Of a stretch of 64,000 nt of DNA, positions 19,254 to 28,831 are shown piece after piece. A program made the translations under genes and the position numbers. Every line of letters starts with the position of its first letter. Position 1 is the stretch's first letter. Below the pieces are notes generated by a model. It had not been told where the DNA came from. It saw only the letters and a program-made list of their open reading frames with translations, and made no database searches. The DNA comes from Candidatus Eiseniibacteriota bacterium (GTDB taxonomy: Bacteria; Eisenbacteria; RBG-16-71-46; CAIMUX01; VGJL01): assembly GCA_041946735.1 (NCBI GenBank), contig JBHGAY010000011.1:1-64000 (forward strand), written 5' to 3'.

Positions 19254-21130
19254 AATCCGACCGATCATGGCGCTGGCTCGTGCTGGTCTGCGCGGCGTTC
19301 TCGCTCCCGCTCCAGGCCTGCACCGTCGACCGCGAGGACGCCGACTACGACAACCCCTACGACCCGGGACGCGCGGCGGGGATCGGAGCGCCGGAGTCGG
19401 TGCGGATCGTCGTGGGGGACGGCGTCGTGCATCTGAGCTGGACGATGCCCGATGGGGAGACCGCCGAGGAGTACACGATCCTGCGCAAGACTCCCGACGT
19501 CGAGGCGGAGAAAGAGGAACGAATTCTCGCGACCGTCCAGAACCCGCAGTACCGGGACGCGCGAGTGCGGAACGGGCGACTCTATGTCTATCGGATCGCC
19601 GCCGGCCGCGACGGTCGCTTTGGGGAGAGGACCGACGAGCTGGAAGCTCGCCCCGCGCTCTGCTCGATCCTTCTCGATCAGGATCACAGGTTTACGAAGG
19701 AGCGGACGGTCGCGGTCACGGCGACCGCCTCGAGTGCCACGGCCGTGCGGTTGGGCGAAGATCCGCAGCGGCTCGATGGGCCTTGGCGGTCGGCGAGCGG
19801 AGCCATCGATTGGCAGCTTACCGGAGAGGACGGTGAGAAGACGGTCTACGCGGAGTTCCTGTTCGAGGATGGCTCTACGAGCGAGCCCGTCTCGGACACG
19901 ATCACGCTCGACACCCGGGCGGTGATCGAGGAAGTCGGCTTCGACGGGCCGTCTGTTCGGAGAATGGGCGAGCGGATTCATGTGCAGCTCCGAGCGGGTG
20001 AGACTGAGGGAACCGCGTCCGTGACGGTGGACGGGATTCTCCAGAAGCACCCGCTGTTCGATGACGGGACCGGCGGGGACCCCGTGGCGGGAGATGGCGT
20101 CTACGAGGCCGATTGCACCCTCTCGGCTCGCGATCCGGTCACGCGCGCCGCGGTCAAGGGCGCTTTCACCGACCGGGCCGGGAATGCAGCGCCGGAGGCG
20201 CAGGCCGCGCAACTGCTCACCGTGCAGCATCCCCTCGAGGCTGTCTCCATTCTCTCTTCGGAGACGGCCGAGCCGCCCGATGCGCCTTCGGTCAAGGTGC
20301 GGTGGAGCCGGTTCGAGGGAACGGGCTTCGCTTCCTACCGGCTCTACCGGTCGGAATCGGCCGATGTCGATTCCACGTCCCGCCTGGTCGCGTCGGTCGA
20401 AAACGAGACGACGCTCGAAGCGCAGGACTCGCACGTGGTGGAGAGCCGAGAGTACTTCTACCGGGTCTACGTGCAGGACGACGCCGGGTCCTCGGCTGGA
20501 TCGAATGTCCATGATGTGACCGTCCTCAACCGCCGTCCGCCGACCGCGGTCCGAATCGAGAGCGGGGCGATGGCAAGCGCTACGGAGATTGCGGTCCAGT
20601 GGAGCCGGTGCGAGGACACCGACTTCCATGCCTACCGGCTGTATCGCGGGACCGAAGGGGCGGTCGACGAATCGGATGATCTTCTGCTCGAGACGACCGA
20701 GGTGGGGGATCTGTTGTTCATCGATTCCGGCTTGAGGGAGAACACCGCGTATTCCTACCGCGTCTACAGCGTGGACGAAGGGGGACGAAAGAGCCCGAGC
20801 AACGAAGTCGAGATCACGACGGACAACGAGGAGCCTCCAGCGGTCGTGCTGCAAGAGGGGGCGGACGTCGACAGTACGGCCGCCACGCTGCGATGGTCGC
20901 GAAGCGACGCCCATGACTTCGCGTCCTATCGCCTCTATCGCGATGAAACCCCGACGGTGTCGACCGGATCGACGAAGGTCGTCGAGATCGACGAGGCGGC
21001 GTCGACGGAGTTCCGGGACCTGAACCTGGAGAAGTCGACCCGCTATTACTACCGCGTCTTCGTGTTCGACGACGCGGACGAGCCGATGTCCACAGGTAGC
21101 AACACGATCACGATCGAGACTACCGACTGA
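19250..21130 (+). CDS. Fibronectin type III repeat lipoprotein with choice-of-anchor X-like motif
   Basis: Lipobox LQA-C followed by NPYDP. One FN3, then LFDDGTGGDPVAGDGVY, then three tandem FN3 units (WSR...F..YRLYR...YRV...SN). 626 aa. Confidence 0.82.
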   Translation: MKSDRSWRWLVLVCAAFSLPLQACTVDREDADYDNPYDPGRAAGIGAPESVRIVVGDGVVHLSWTMPDGETAEEYTILRKTPDVEAEKEERILATVQNPQYRDARVRNGRLYVYRIAAGRDGRFGERTDELEARPALCSILLDQDHRFTKERTVAVTATASSATAVRLGEDPQRLDGPWRSASGAIDWQLTGEDGEKTVYAEFLFEDGSTSEPVSDTITLDTRAVIEEVGFDGPSVRRMGERIHVQLRAGETEGTASVTVDGILQKHPLFDDGTGGDPVAGDGVYEADCTLSARDPVTRAAVKGAFTDRAGNAAPEAQAAQLLTVQHPLEAVSILSSETAEPPDAPSVKVRWSRFEGTGFASYRLYRSESADVDSTSRLVASVENETTLEAQDSHVVESREYFYRVYVQDDAGSSAGSNVHDVTVLNRRPPTAVRIESGAMASATEIAVQWSRCEDTDFHAYRLYRGTEGAVDESDDLLLETTEVGDLLFIDSGLRENTAYSYRVYSVDEGGRKSPSNEVEITTDNEEPPAVVLQEGADVDSTAATLRWSRSDAHDFASYRLYRDETPTVSTGSTKVVEIDEAASTEFRDLNLEKSTRYYYRVFVFDDADEPMSTGSNTITIETTD

Positions 21131-21144
21131 ACGTGAGGTGCCCA

Positions 21145-21942
21145 ATGTCTGCCGTAGCCGATCGAAGATTGCGTCACGCGCCGTCCGCTCCGCTCCATGA
21201 GCAGGAACGGTCGATCGCGTTCAACTTCCGGCCTTGGTCGGAGCTGCCGGAGCCTCCCGACGTCATCGCTCCCGTGCTACCGCCCCCGTGTCCGATGATC
21301 GGGACCGCCCACCGGTTCCTGGCACTGGTCCTTCTGCTTCTCGCTTCTCCCGTGATGGTCGCCACCGCGATCGCGATCAAGGCGAGCTCGCCCGGGGGGC
21401 CCATTCTGTACCGGCAGGAGCGCGTCGGGCTGAATCGCCGGCGGCGCGCGATGCAGGGCCCGACCCATCGCGGAGCAACCGACCGCCGGAAAGTGCCCAA
21501 TTACGGGCGGATGTTCCAGATCTACAAGTTCCGGACCATGGTGCCTGACGCTGAGCGGATGACCGGCCCGGTATGGGCCTCTCAGAAAGACCCGAGGATC
21601 ACTCCGGTCGGGCGCATCCTGCGGCACCTCCGGATCGACGAGCTTCCCCAGCTCATCAACGTCGTGCAGGGAACGATGTCGCTGATCGGTCCTCGCCCCG
21701 AGCGCCCGCATTTCGTCAGCCAGCTGAGCGAGAAGATACCCGACTACGTGACACGGCTCGCGGTTCCGCCGGGGATCACCGGGCTGGCACAGGTTGAGCG
21801 GGATTACGACGGCAGCTTCGAGGACGTGAAGCGCAAAGTGAAGTACGACATCTACTACGTGAAGAACCGCTGCTACCTGCTCGATGTGAAGATCATGCTC
21901 CGTACGGTTGACGTGATGCTGCGTGGGAAGGGAGCGAGATAG
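21145..21942 (+). CDS. Priming sugar (phosphoglycosyl) transferase
   Basis: YRQERVG, YKFRTM, DPRITPVGRILR..RIDELPQL.NV..G.MSLIGPRPERP, PGITGLAQV and YDIYY. Confidence 0.93.
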   Translation: MSAVADRRLRHAPSAPLHEQERSIAFNFRPWSELPEPPDVIAPVLPPPCPMIGTAHRFLALVLLLLASPVMVATAIAIKASSPGGPILYRQERVGLNRRRRAMQGPTHRGATDRRKVPNYGRMFQIYKFRTMVPDAERMTGPVWASQKDPRITPVGRILRHLRIDELPQLINVVQGTMSLIGPRPERPHFVSQLSEKIPDYVTRLAVPPGITGLAQVERDYDGSFEDVKRKVKYDIYYVKNRCYLLDVKIMLRTVDVMLRGKGAR

Positions 21943-22910
21943 TGAAGCGTTTGCGAATCGCCGGGTCGATCCCGCTCGCCGTCCTGCTGTTGATTTCGGC
22001 GGTAGGCGGAGCGACCGGTCAGACGCGGGAGAAAGCGCGCGAAGACTACAAGCTCGGTCCGGAGGATGTGATTCGCATCCAGGCTTGGGGGCGAGCGGAT
22101 CTCGCCACGGAGGCGGCCCTCGACGAGACCGGCCGCGTGGCGCTTCCTCTCGTCGGCGTGATCGAGGCGGGAGGCCTCTCCCCCGAACAGCTCGCCACGC
22201 TCCTGACCGATCGCTACCAGCTCCTCGATCCCCGAGTGACCGAGATCCTGATCACGGTGGTCCAGTACAACAGCCGGAGCGTCACCGTCGTCGGCGAGGT
22301 CCGGAACCCCGGGCGCTTCGGATTCCAGACGATCCCCGATCTCTGGAAGGTTCTCTTGACCGCCGGCGGGCCGACTCCTGAGGCGGACCTCACCAATGTG
22401 CAGGTCGTGCGGGACCGTCCGAGCGAGGGGGAGCCGCGGATCGTCACGATCAACCTCTCGAAGGGGATCGAGAGGACGAATCCCGATCTTCTCCCGGTGT
22501 TGGGCCCGAAGGACACGATCATCCTGCCCAGCTTGGCCGAGGTCGCCTCCCCTTCGGACAAGTTCCAGGTGCTCGGTGCGGTTCGGAGCCCCGGCAGCTA
22601 CCGCATCCAGCTCGCGGCATCGGTGATCGAAGCGATCTCGGCGGCGGGCGGGGAGCTTCCCGACGCCGATCTGAGCAAGGCGCGGCTGACCCGCACCACC
22701 CCCCTCGGAACCGTGTCGTACACGCTCGATCTCGAGAGCTACCTGGAGGAAGGGACGTCTGCGGTCAATCTGGAGCTCCGGCCTGGGGATACGATCAGCC
22801 TTCCAAGGAAGGCGTCGGCCGGCCAGCGGGCGCTGGAAGGGCTTTCCCGCGTTGCCCCGGTCCTTTCCCTCGCCACGTCGATCGTGAGCCTGATCGTCGC
22901 GGCCCGGTGA
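21942..22910 (+). CDS. wza: Polysaccharide export protein (Wza/Poly_export plus SLBB domains)
   Basis: YKLGPEDVI, G.VALPLVG, VTVVGEVRNPG, ADLTNVQV and LRPGDTI. Confidence 0.88.
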   Translation: MKRLRIAGSIPLAVLLLISAVGGATGQTREKAREDYKLGPEDVIRIQAWGRADLATEAALDETGRVALPLVGVIEAGGLSPEQLATLLTDRYQLLDPRVTEILITVVQYNSRSVTVVGEVRNPGRFGFQTIPDLWKVLLTAGGPTPEADLTNVQVVRDRPSEGEPRIVTINLSKGIERTNPDLLPVLGPKDTIILPSLAEVASPSDKFQVLGAVRSPGSYRIQLAASVIEAISAAGGELPDADLSKARLTRTTPLGTVSYTLDLESYLEEGTSAVNLELRPGDTISLPRKASAGQRALEGLSRVAPVLSLATSIVSLIVAAR

Positions 22911-22914
22911 CGGC

Positions 22915-24603
22915 ATGACGATGACGACGCCTCCACCGAGCCTCGACAAGGCGATCGATCTCAAGCACTACCTCCGCGTCCTGCTGCGGCGAAAGGGGCT
23001 CATCGTCCTTTGCGGGATTCTTTGCCTCGCCTCGACGCTCGTCGCCCTCGAATTCGTGCCGAAGACCTACGAGTCCGACGTGACGATGATGATCGAGGAC
23101 AGCCAGCTTCTGTCCAGCGAGCTGGAGAAGGTGCGCGGCGGGATCCTCGAGGAGCGGGAGTATTACGGCATCGACAAGGACAGGATGGCGAAGCTGATGG
23201 GGCGCGTCCGAAGCCGGCCCTTCCTCGAGCGCGTAATTCGGATCCTTCGGATGCACGAGGATCCGGTGATCCGCGCGAAGGCCGCCGAGCAGATACGCAA
23301 GCAGCGGCAAGCCGTGACGGCGGAGGAGATGGCGATCCGGATCCTCGTGGACAATCTGCAGTCACGCATCCGGTTCGGCGCCTCCGGCTCAGGCGTGTAC
23401 AAGATCACCGTGGCGGACTACAGTGCCGAGAACGCGCAGCTTCTTGCCCGATGGATCAGCGAGATCTTCGTCGACACTTCGAACCAACGGAACCTCGATC
23501 TGATCAAATCCTCGCATGAGTTCGGCGCCGAGCAACTGCGGATCTACGAGCAACGCTTGGCCAGCTCCGAGCAGCTCCTGGAGCGATACAAGCAGTCGAT
23601 GATCAAAAGCCAGCTGGCCCGGGCGATCCTTCCCGCGGCGAACCTGGGTTTTGCCGAGGCCCTGTCGCGGAGGATCGACGACGACGCCGCGATGACCCGG
23701 GTCCGGCTGAAGGGATACGCGGAAAGCGTCGAGCGGATCGGACTGCGAGGCGACCCGGAGGTGATTCTGTCGCTTCCGGGCGTGCGGCAGATGACCGATG
23801 CGCTGACATCCGCACTCGGGAACGACGTGATGAACAGCTTGGGATCTGCAGCGGTCGATCTCGAGAACTGGCCTCCACCGGGCAGCGCCGCTCTTCGCAG
23901 AAACCTCTTCCGCGCGATCGACATGGAGGTCGGGTCTCGGTATCCCGAGCTGGACGACGCCGACCGGGGCGCCGTCTCGAACTACCTCTTCGCCAAGCTC
24001 GACCTGCGAGCGCAAGAGTCGGCCGCGGACGTGCTGCAATCCTCGATCGGCATCTCGAAGGCGAGGGTGGAATCCACTCCGAGCGGGGAGATCGAGCTGT
24101 CGCGCCTGGAGGCGGACGTCGAGACGAATCGCAGGCTTCTGCAGTCCTTCCAGTCCCAGATGGTGGCGAGCGACGTGAGCCGGGCGGTCGAGGTGACGAA
24201 GCTCGGCATGCAGATCGAGATCCTCGACCCTGCGACCCTGCCGCTGAAGCCGAGCCATCCAAATCGTCGCAAGATCCTGCTCGCCTCCTTGCTGCTCGGG
24301 CCGATGATCGGCGCCGGGATGGCCTTCCTCGGCGAGGCGACCGATTCGACTCTTCGCACGCTCGAGGACTTCGCGCGAGTCGTTCCGGAGCCGATCCTCG
24401 GTGCCACACCTTTGCTGTCGAGGCTCAAGATCCGGAGGTCCTGGATTCGACGGCACTGGGTGGCTGTAAGCGTCGGAGCTGTCATTCTCCTCGCGCTCGG
24501 ATTGTATGCGGCGCGGGAACCTCTTCGCCGGCACGTGGTCCAGCAGGGGACTCCGGTGAAGATGGTCAATCCCGAGAAGGGCAACGATGCGGATACGAGA
24601 TAG
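22915..24603 (+). CDS. Polysaccharide chain-length determinant (Wzz/GumC, XrtA-system type)
   Basis: IDLKHYLRVLLRRK, PKTYES, coiled-coil region, ILDPATLPLKPSHPNR, TM, and an extra C-terminal TM. Confidence 0.87.
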   Translation: MTMTTPPPSLDKAIDLKHYLRVLLRRKGLIVLCGILCLASTLVALEFVPKTYESDVTMMIEDSQLLSSELEKVRGGILEEREYYGIDKDRMAKLMGRVRSRPFLERVIRILRMHEDPVIRAKAAEQIRKQRQAVTAEEMAIRILVDNLQSRIRFGASGSGVYKITVADYSAENAQLLARWISEIFVDTSNQRNLDLIKSSHEFGAEQLRIYEQRLASSEQLLERYKQSMIKSQLARAILPAANLGFAEALSRRIDDDAAMTRVRLKGYAESVERIGLRGDPEVILSLPGVRQMTDALTSALGNDVMNSLGSAAVDLENWPPPGSAALRRNLFRAIDMEVGSRYPELDDADRGAVSNYLFAKLDLRAQESAADVLQSSIGISKARVESTPSGEIELSRLEADVETNRRLLQSFQSQMVASDVSRAVEVTKLGMQIEILDPATLPLKPSHPNRRKILLASLLLGPMIGAGMAFLGEATDSTLRTLEDFARVVPEPILGATPLLSRLKIRRSWIRRHWVAVSVGAVILLALGLYAAREPLRRHVVQQGTPVKMVNPEKGNDADTR

Positions 24604-25327
24604 ATTGGAGCAGGACTGGCTGCTGGCGACCGAGGTCCACAAGCTCGAAGCTCGGTTGTGGCGGAAGAGCCGGAATGATGGAATCAAGGTGATCCTCGTG
24701 ACGAGCGCTGGGCGCGGCGAAGGCAAGAGCACCACGGTCGCGTGCCTCGGCGCCGCTTTCGGAGTCCATCCGGACCGGTCCGTCCTCGCGATCGATCTCG
24801 ACCTGCGCGAGCCGACATTGCACACCCACTTCGAGATCACTCCGGAGGTCACTCTCGGCTCGGTTCTGAAGGGGGAGAGGAAGGTCGAGGAGGCGATCGT
24901 TCCAACCGACACGCCGACCCTGCACCTGTTGCTTCCCGATCCCGGGGGGGAGGATCCGGGCCTTCTGTTTCGAACGCCGCGGATCTCCGAGGTGTTCGAG
25001 CACGCGCGGGCCAACTATGACCTGGTTCTTCTGGATGCGCCGGCGCTCGTGCCGGTCGCGGACACTGCCGGCTTGCTTCCCTTCGTCGATGGCGTCGTGC
25101 TGATGGCGATGGCGGGGAGGACGACCCGCCCACAGCTTTCCAGGGCTCGCGAGATCTGCCTCGGTATGGACGCGCGCATTCTCGGCCTGATCGTCGGCAA
25201 CCTTCAGGAGGCGATTCCGGACCACGACCGGTCCAGCTACGCCTACGGCTACGGGTATGGATACGGACATAGGAAGAACGGCGATCACGACGGAGGCGAC
25301 GCCAAGCTTCCGGTCATCGGCCCCTGA
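24587..25327 (+). CDS. CpsD/CapB family tyrosine kinase (BY-kinase)
   Basis: Walker A SAGRGEGKST, A' IDLDLR, Walker B LVLLDAP, and C-terminal Tyr cluster YAYGYGYGYG. Confidence 0.92.
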   Translation: MRIRDRLEQDWLLATEVHKLEARLWRKSRNDGIKVILVTSAGRGEGKSTTVACLGAAFGVHPDRSVLAIDLDLREPTLHTHFEITPEVTLGSVLKGERKVEEAIVPTDTPTLHLLLPDPGGEDPGLLFRTPRISEVFEHARANYDLVLLDAPALVPVADTAGLLPFVDGVVLMAMAGRTTRPQLSRAREICLGMDARILGLIVGNLQEAIPDHDRSSYAYGYGYGYGHRKNGDHDGGDAKLPVIGP

Positions 25328-26393
25328 GCCCGGCATCCCTTCCCCGGTGCTCTCGCTCGTCCTCCCCGTCTACAACGAGGAGGCGGAGATCGGTCGTCTG
25401 CTGAAGGAGATCCTTCTGCAGAAGGAGCCGCCTGGCGGCTTCGAGGTGCTCATCGCCGACGGAGGCTCGACCGATCGGACGCGCGCGATCGTCGAGGAGT
25501 TCGCGGCCAAGGATGGGCGGATCCGGCTGGTCGAGAACCCGAAGAGACTGAGCAGCGCCGGCAGGAACGCGGGAGCCAGTGCGGCGCTGGGGCGGTACAT
25601 CCTCTTTCTCGACGGGCACTGCGCAATCCCGCGCAACGACTATCTGTGCCGGGCGGTCGCACTGTTCGCCGAAACAGGGGCCGATTGCCTCAGCCGGCCG
25701 CAGCACCTCGATGCCCTGGCTTCCGGCGGGTGGGCGGAAGCGATTGCGGCCGCGAGACACTCCCGCTTCGGCCACAACCCAGGCTCCGACATCTATGCGG
25801 GCGAGCCGGGCTTCACCGACCCACGAACGGCAGGAGCCGCCTACAAGCGGGAGTGCTTCCAGCGTGTCGGAATGTACGACGAGCGCTTCGACGCATGCGA
25901 AGACGTGGAGTTCAACCACCGGATCGCCGAGGCGGGCTTCCGGGCGTTCCGGCATCCGGATTTGAGAATCGACTACCGCCCGCGGTCGTCATTGTCGGGG
26001 CTGTTCAGGCAAATGTATCGGTACGGCCGAGGGAGGGCGAGGCTGATGGCGCGGCATAGGAGACTGGTTCCGTGGCCGCTGGTCGGGATGACGGCAGCTG
26101 TGATGGCCCTGGTCGCCGTGCTTCTGTTGCGAGGGTTCGGGAGTGCGGCGATCGCAAGTAGTACTCTGGCCGGCGCATGGGCCTTGACCGCTGGAATCGA
26201 AGCAGTGCGGGCGAGCGGTGGGGCCCGGTCAACCCCAGTCCTCATGCGAACGCTGGCCGCGTTCGCCGTCATTCACACAGCGCTCCTGACGGGCTTCTGG
26301 ATAGGCCTTGCCGAGTATGGACACTTCCGCGCACCGTCCGCCCCGAAACTCGGAGGACCCCGTTCAGCCAGAATGCTGAACACGCCACGATGA
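25257..26393 (+). CDS. Glycosyltransferase family 2 (ExoA-like)
   Basis: VLPVYNEE, ADGGSTDRT, LFLDGH, EDVEFNHRI, LFRQMYRYGRGR and C-terminal TMs. Start may be GTG 25347. Confidence 0.9.
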   Translation: MDTDIGRTAITTEATPSFRSSAPEPGIPSPVLSLVLPVYNEEAEIGRLLKEILLQKEPPGGFEVLIADGGSTDRTRAIVEEFAAKDGRIRLVENPKRLSSAGRNAGASAALGRYILFLDGHCAIPRNDYLCRAVALFAETGADCLSRPQHLDALASGGWAEAIAAARHSRFGHNPGSDIYAGEPGFTDPRTAGAAYKRECFQRVGMYDERFDACEDVEFNHRIAEAGFRAFRHPDLRIDYRPRSSLSGLFRQMYRYGRGRARLMARHRRLVPWPLVGMTAAVMALVAVLLLRGFGSAAIASSTLAGAWALTAGIEAVRASGGARSTPVLMRTLAAFAVIHTALLTGFWIGLAEYGHFRAPSAPKLGGPRSARMLNTPR

Positions 26394-27511
26394 AAAGAAT
26401 CCTGGTTGTGATCGGAACTCGTCCGGAGGCCATCAAAATGGCTCCGGTGATCGATGCCCTCCGGCAACAACAAGCCGACTTCGAAGTGACAGTCTGCGCT
26501 GCTGGCCAGCATCGCGAACTGCTAGCTCAGACCATTGCTGCGTTCGGGTACCGGGTGGACGTTGCTCTCGAGTCGATGACATGCTCGCAGTCCTTGTCAT
26601 CCCTTACCGGTCGCCTCGTGACCGGTTTGGACTCCGTAGTGCTCGAAACTCGACCGGATGTCGTGCTTGTCCAGGGGGACACCACCACCGCCTTTGTCGG
26701 GTCATTGGTCTCGTATTATCACAAGTGCGCCGTTGGTCACGTCGAAGCTGGCTTGCGGACAAGGAACAGACTGGCTCCGTTCCCGGAAGAAATCAACCGA
26801 CGGCTCGTAGGAGTCCTAGCGGACCATCACTTCGCGCCGACGGAATGCGCCCGAAAGGCACTACTTGAGGAGGGCGTCGAAGAGTCACGAGTACTTGTGA
26901 CAGGAAACACCGTCATAGACGCTTTGTTGACAGCCGTCGAACGAGTCAGAAGGTCTCCCCCGGCAATGGGAAGACTGGAACAGGTACTTCGCAGTGGCAG
27001 CACCATAATTCTTATTACGGGCCACCGTCGCGAGAACTTCGGTAGGGGATTCGAAGAGATCTGCGCCGCACTTCGGGACATAGCCAAAGCCTTCCCCAAG
27101 GTGGTCCTGGTCTATCCCGTTCATCTTAATCCGAACGTTTCCGGGCCGGTCCACAGTCTACTTGGCGGACTCAGGAACATCGTGCTCATCCCACCTCTGG
27201 GATACCTCGAGTTCGTGCGTCTGATGGATGCATGCCGAATCATTCTGACTGACTCGGGGGGGATCCAAGAGGAGGCCCCTTCACTGTCAAAACCAGTTCT
27301 GGTCATGAGAAGCGAGACCGAAAGGCCGGAGGCGGTGGAAGCCGGCACTGCGAGGCTCGTCGGGTGCTCGCGCGACAGAATCTTCAGCGAGTGCGCTCGG
27401 CTTTTGACCGACGGAGACGCTTATCAATCGATGGTGGGCCTGAGAAACCCGTATGGTGATGGGAAAGCGGCTTCAAGGATCTCCGAATACTTACGGAAGG
27501 TAGCGCACTGA
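26390..27511 (+). CDS. wecB: UDP-N-acetylglucosamine 2-epimerase (non-hydrolysing)
   Basis: GTRPEAIKMAPV, VQGDTTT, GHVEAGLRT, TGHRRENFG, TDSGGIQEEAP and NPYGDG. Confidence 0.96.
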   Translation: MKRILVVIGTRPEAIKMAPVIDALRQQQADFEVTVCAAGQHRELLAQTIAAFGYRVDVALESMTCSQSLSSLTGRLVTGLDSVVLETRPDVVLVQGDTTTAFVGSLVSYYHKCAVGHVEAGLRTRNRLAPFPEEINRRLVGVLADHHFAPTECARKALLEEGVEESRVLVTGNTVIDALLTAVERVRRSPPAMGRLEQVLRSGSTIILITGHRRENFGRGFEEICAALRDIAKAFPKVVLVYPVHLNPNVSGPVHSLLGGLRNIVLIPPLGYLEFVRLMDACRIILTDSGGIQEEAPSLSKPVLVMRSETERPEAVEAGTARLVGCSRDRIFSECARLLTDGDAYQSMVGLRNPYGDGKAASRISEYLRKVAH

Positions 27512-27517
27512 CTGCTC

Positions 27518-28690
27518 ATGCCGACGCCTGACTACGAACTTCTGGTGCTCTCCGATAGCTGGACTGGGCTACCGGTAAGCTGTAAGCATCTTGTTGCCAA
27601 GTTTCTGAACGACGTGCCAGTAACGTGGGTTGAAACAATCGGGCTGAGATCTCCGTGTTGGAGCCGCGACTTGCGAAGAGTCTCGGAAGTTCTTCGCGGG
27701 TGGACGGCCGGGAATACCGGATACGGACTTGAGCGAGAGTGTAACCCGCGCATTGTCAGGCCGGTGCAGATCCCCTATAATCATATTGGTATCATAAAGG
27801 CGATCAACCACCTGGCAATGCTTGGAACACTTCGCTCGGCCATGCCGCGAAGCGTGGCGCCGCGCGTCGTCCTCACAAATTGGCCATTTCTGGACCATCT
27901 AGTCGGTGCTCTCCAAGAAACTGTCTTTATCTACTACCGGGTCGATGACTATGCAGAAATGCCGGGTGTGAAGCGGAGCTACATCAGAAAGGTCGAGGAC
28001 AGACTCATGGACAAGGCTGACCTCATCGTTGCGACGTCTCAAGGCCTTGTTCCGGAAGGACGTTGGCGGGCAAAAGGGCGGTACTTGCCTCATGGTGTCG
28101 ACTTTGAGCACTTCCGTGGGGGAAAGCGGGGTCAGTGCGGTGCCCTCAGCCAACTTCCGTCTCCGCGTATCGGATTCTTCGGCCTCATCGATGACTGGGT
28201 AGACGTTGAACTGGTCGAGGAGTTGGCTGCAGCGCATCCGGAGTGGCAATTCATTCTGGCAGGTCGTTGCCGAGCCCAGGTGGGCTCCCTGGAGGTCCTA
28301 AAGAATGTCCATGTCATTGGACAAGTAGACTATCGGCAGCTCCCGGATGTGGGGGCGGAATTCGATGTCGGTGTGATCCCGTTTCGCCTAAACGCATTGA
28401 CCCTCTGCGTCAATCCTTTGAAACTACTAGAGTATTTTGCGCTCGGGCTCCCGGTGGTAGGCGTCCGCCTGCCGGAGGTCGTCAACTTCGAGGATAAGGT
28501 GTTACTTGCGGACAATGCTGATGAGTTCGCGCGACGGATCGAAGATGCGTTGGGAGAGAGCGGGGAAGTGCGGAGAGCCGCGCGGCAGAAGCTGGCCTCC
28601 GAACACAGTTGGTCGCGGCGGGCGACTGAACTGAAGTCTTGGATAGCGGACGCGCTGGGTGAAACGAAGTCGGCTCGTCGGCCGGAGTGA
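27518..28690 (+). CDS. Glycosyltransferase (GT-B, TuaH-like)
   Basis: YYRVDDY, LPHGVDFEHF, IGFFGLI..WVD and NPLKLLEYFALGLPVV. Confidence 0.88.
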   Translation: MPTPDYELLVLSDSWTGLPVSCKHLVAKFLNDVPVTWVETIGLRSPCWSRDLRRVSEVLRGWTAGNTGYGLERECNPRIVRPVQIPYNHIGIIKAINHLAMLGTLRSAMPRSVAPRVVLTNWPFLDHLVGALQETVFIYYRVDDYAEMPGVKRSYIRKVEDRLMDKADLIVATSQGLVPEGRWRAKGRYLPHGVDFEHFRGGKRGQCGALSQLPSPRIGFFGLIDDWVDVELVEELAAAHPEWQFILAGRCRAQVGSLEVLKNVHVIGQVDYRQLPDVGAEFDVGVIPFRLNALTLCVNPLKLLEYFALGLPVVGVRLPEVVNFEDKVLLADNADEFARRIEDALGESGEVRRAARQKLASEHSWSRRATELKSWIADALGETKSARRPE

Positions 28691-28831
28691 TTGGGGTACT
28701 TCGATCGACACGGTCAAGGAGGGCCAGTGTGGTGCCTCCGTTGCTCCCGATTGCGTCGCTGCGTGACTCAGTAGGGAAGATTGCGTAAGCGGTAGGCACG
28801 AGAGCGCCGCTGGAAGTCTTGAGGCTCAGGG

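Noticed and set aside
24370..24540. VPEP followed by a TM and basic residues near the C-terminus of the chain-length determinant, resembling PEP-CTERM
   Set aside because: VPEPILGATP aligns with the usual (L)PVLGxIP motif of Wzc/GumC proteins. The TM is about 25 aa away rather than adjacent, and about 30 aa follow it.
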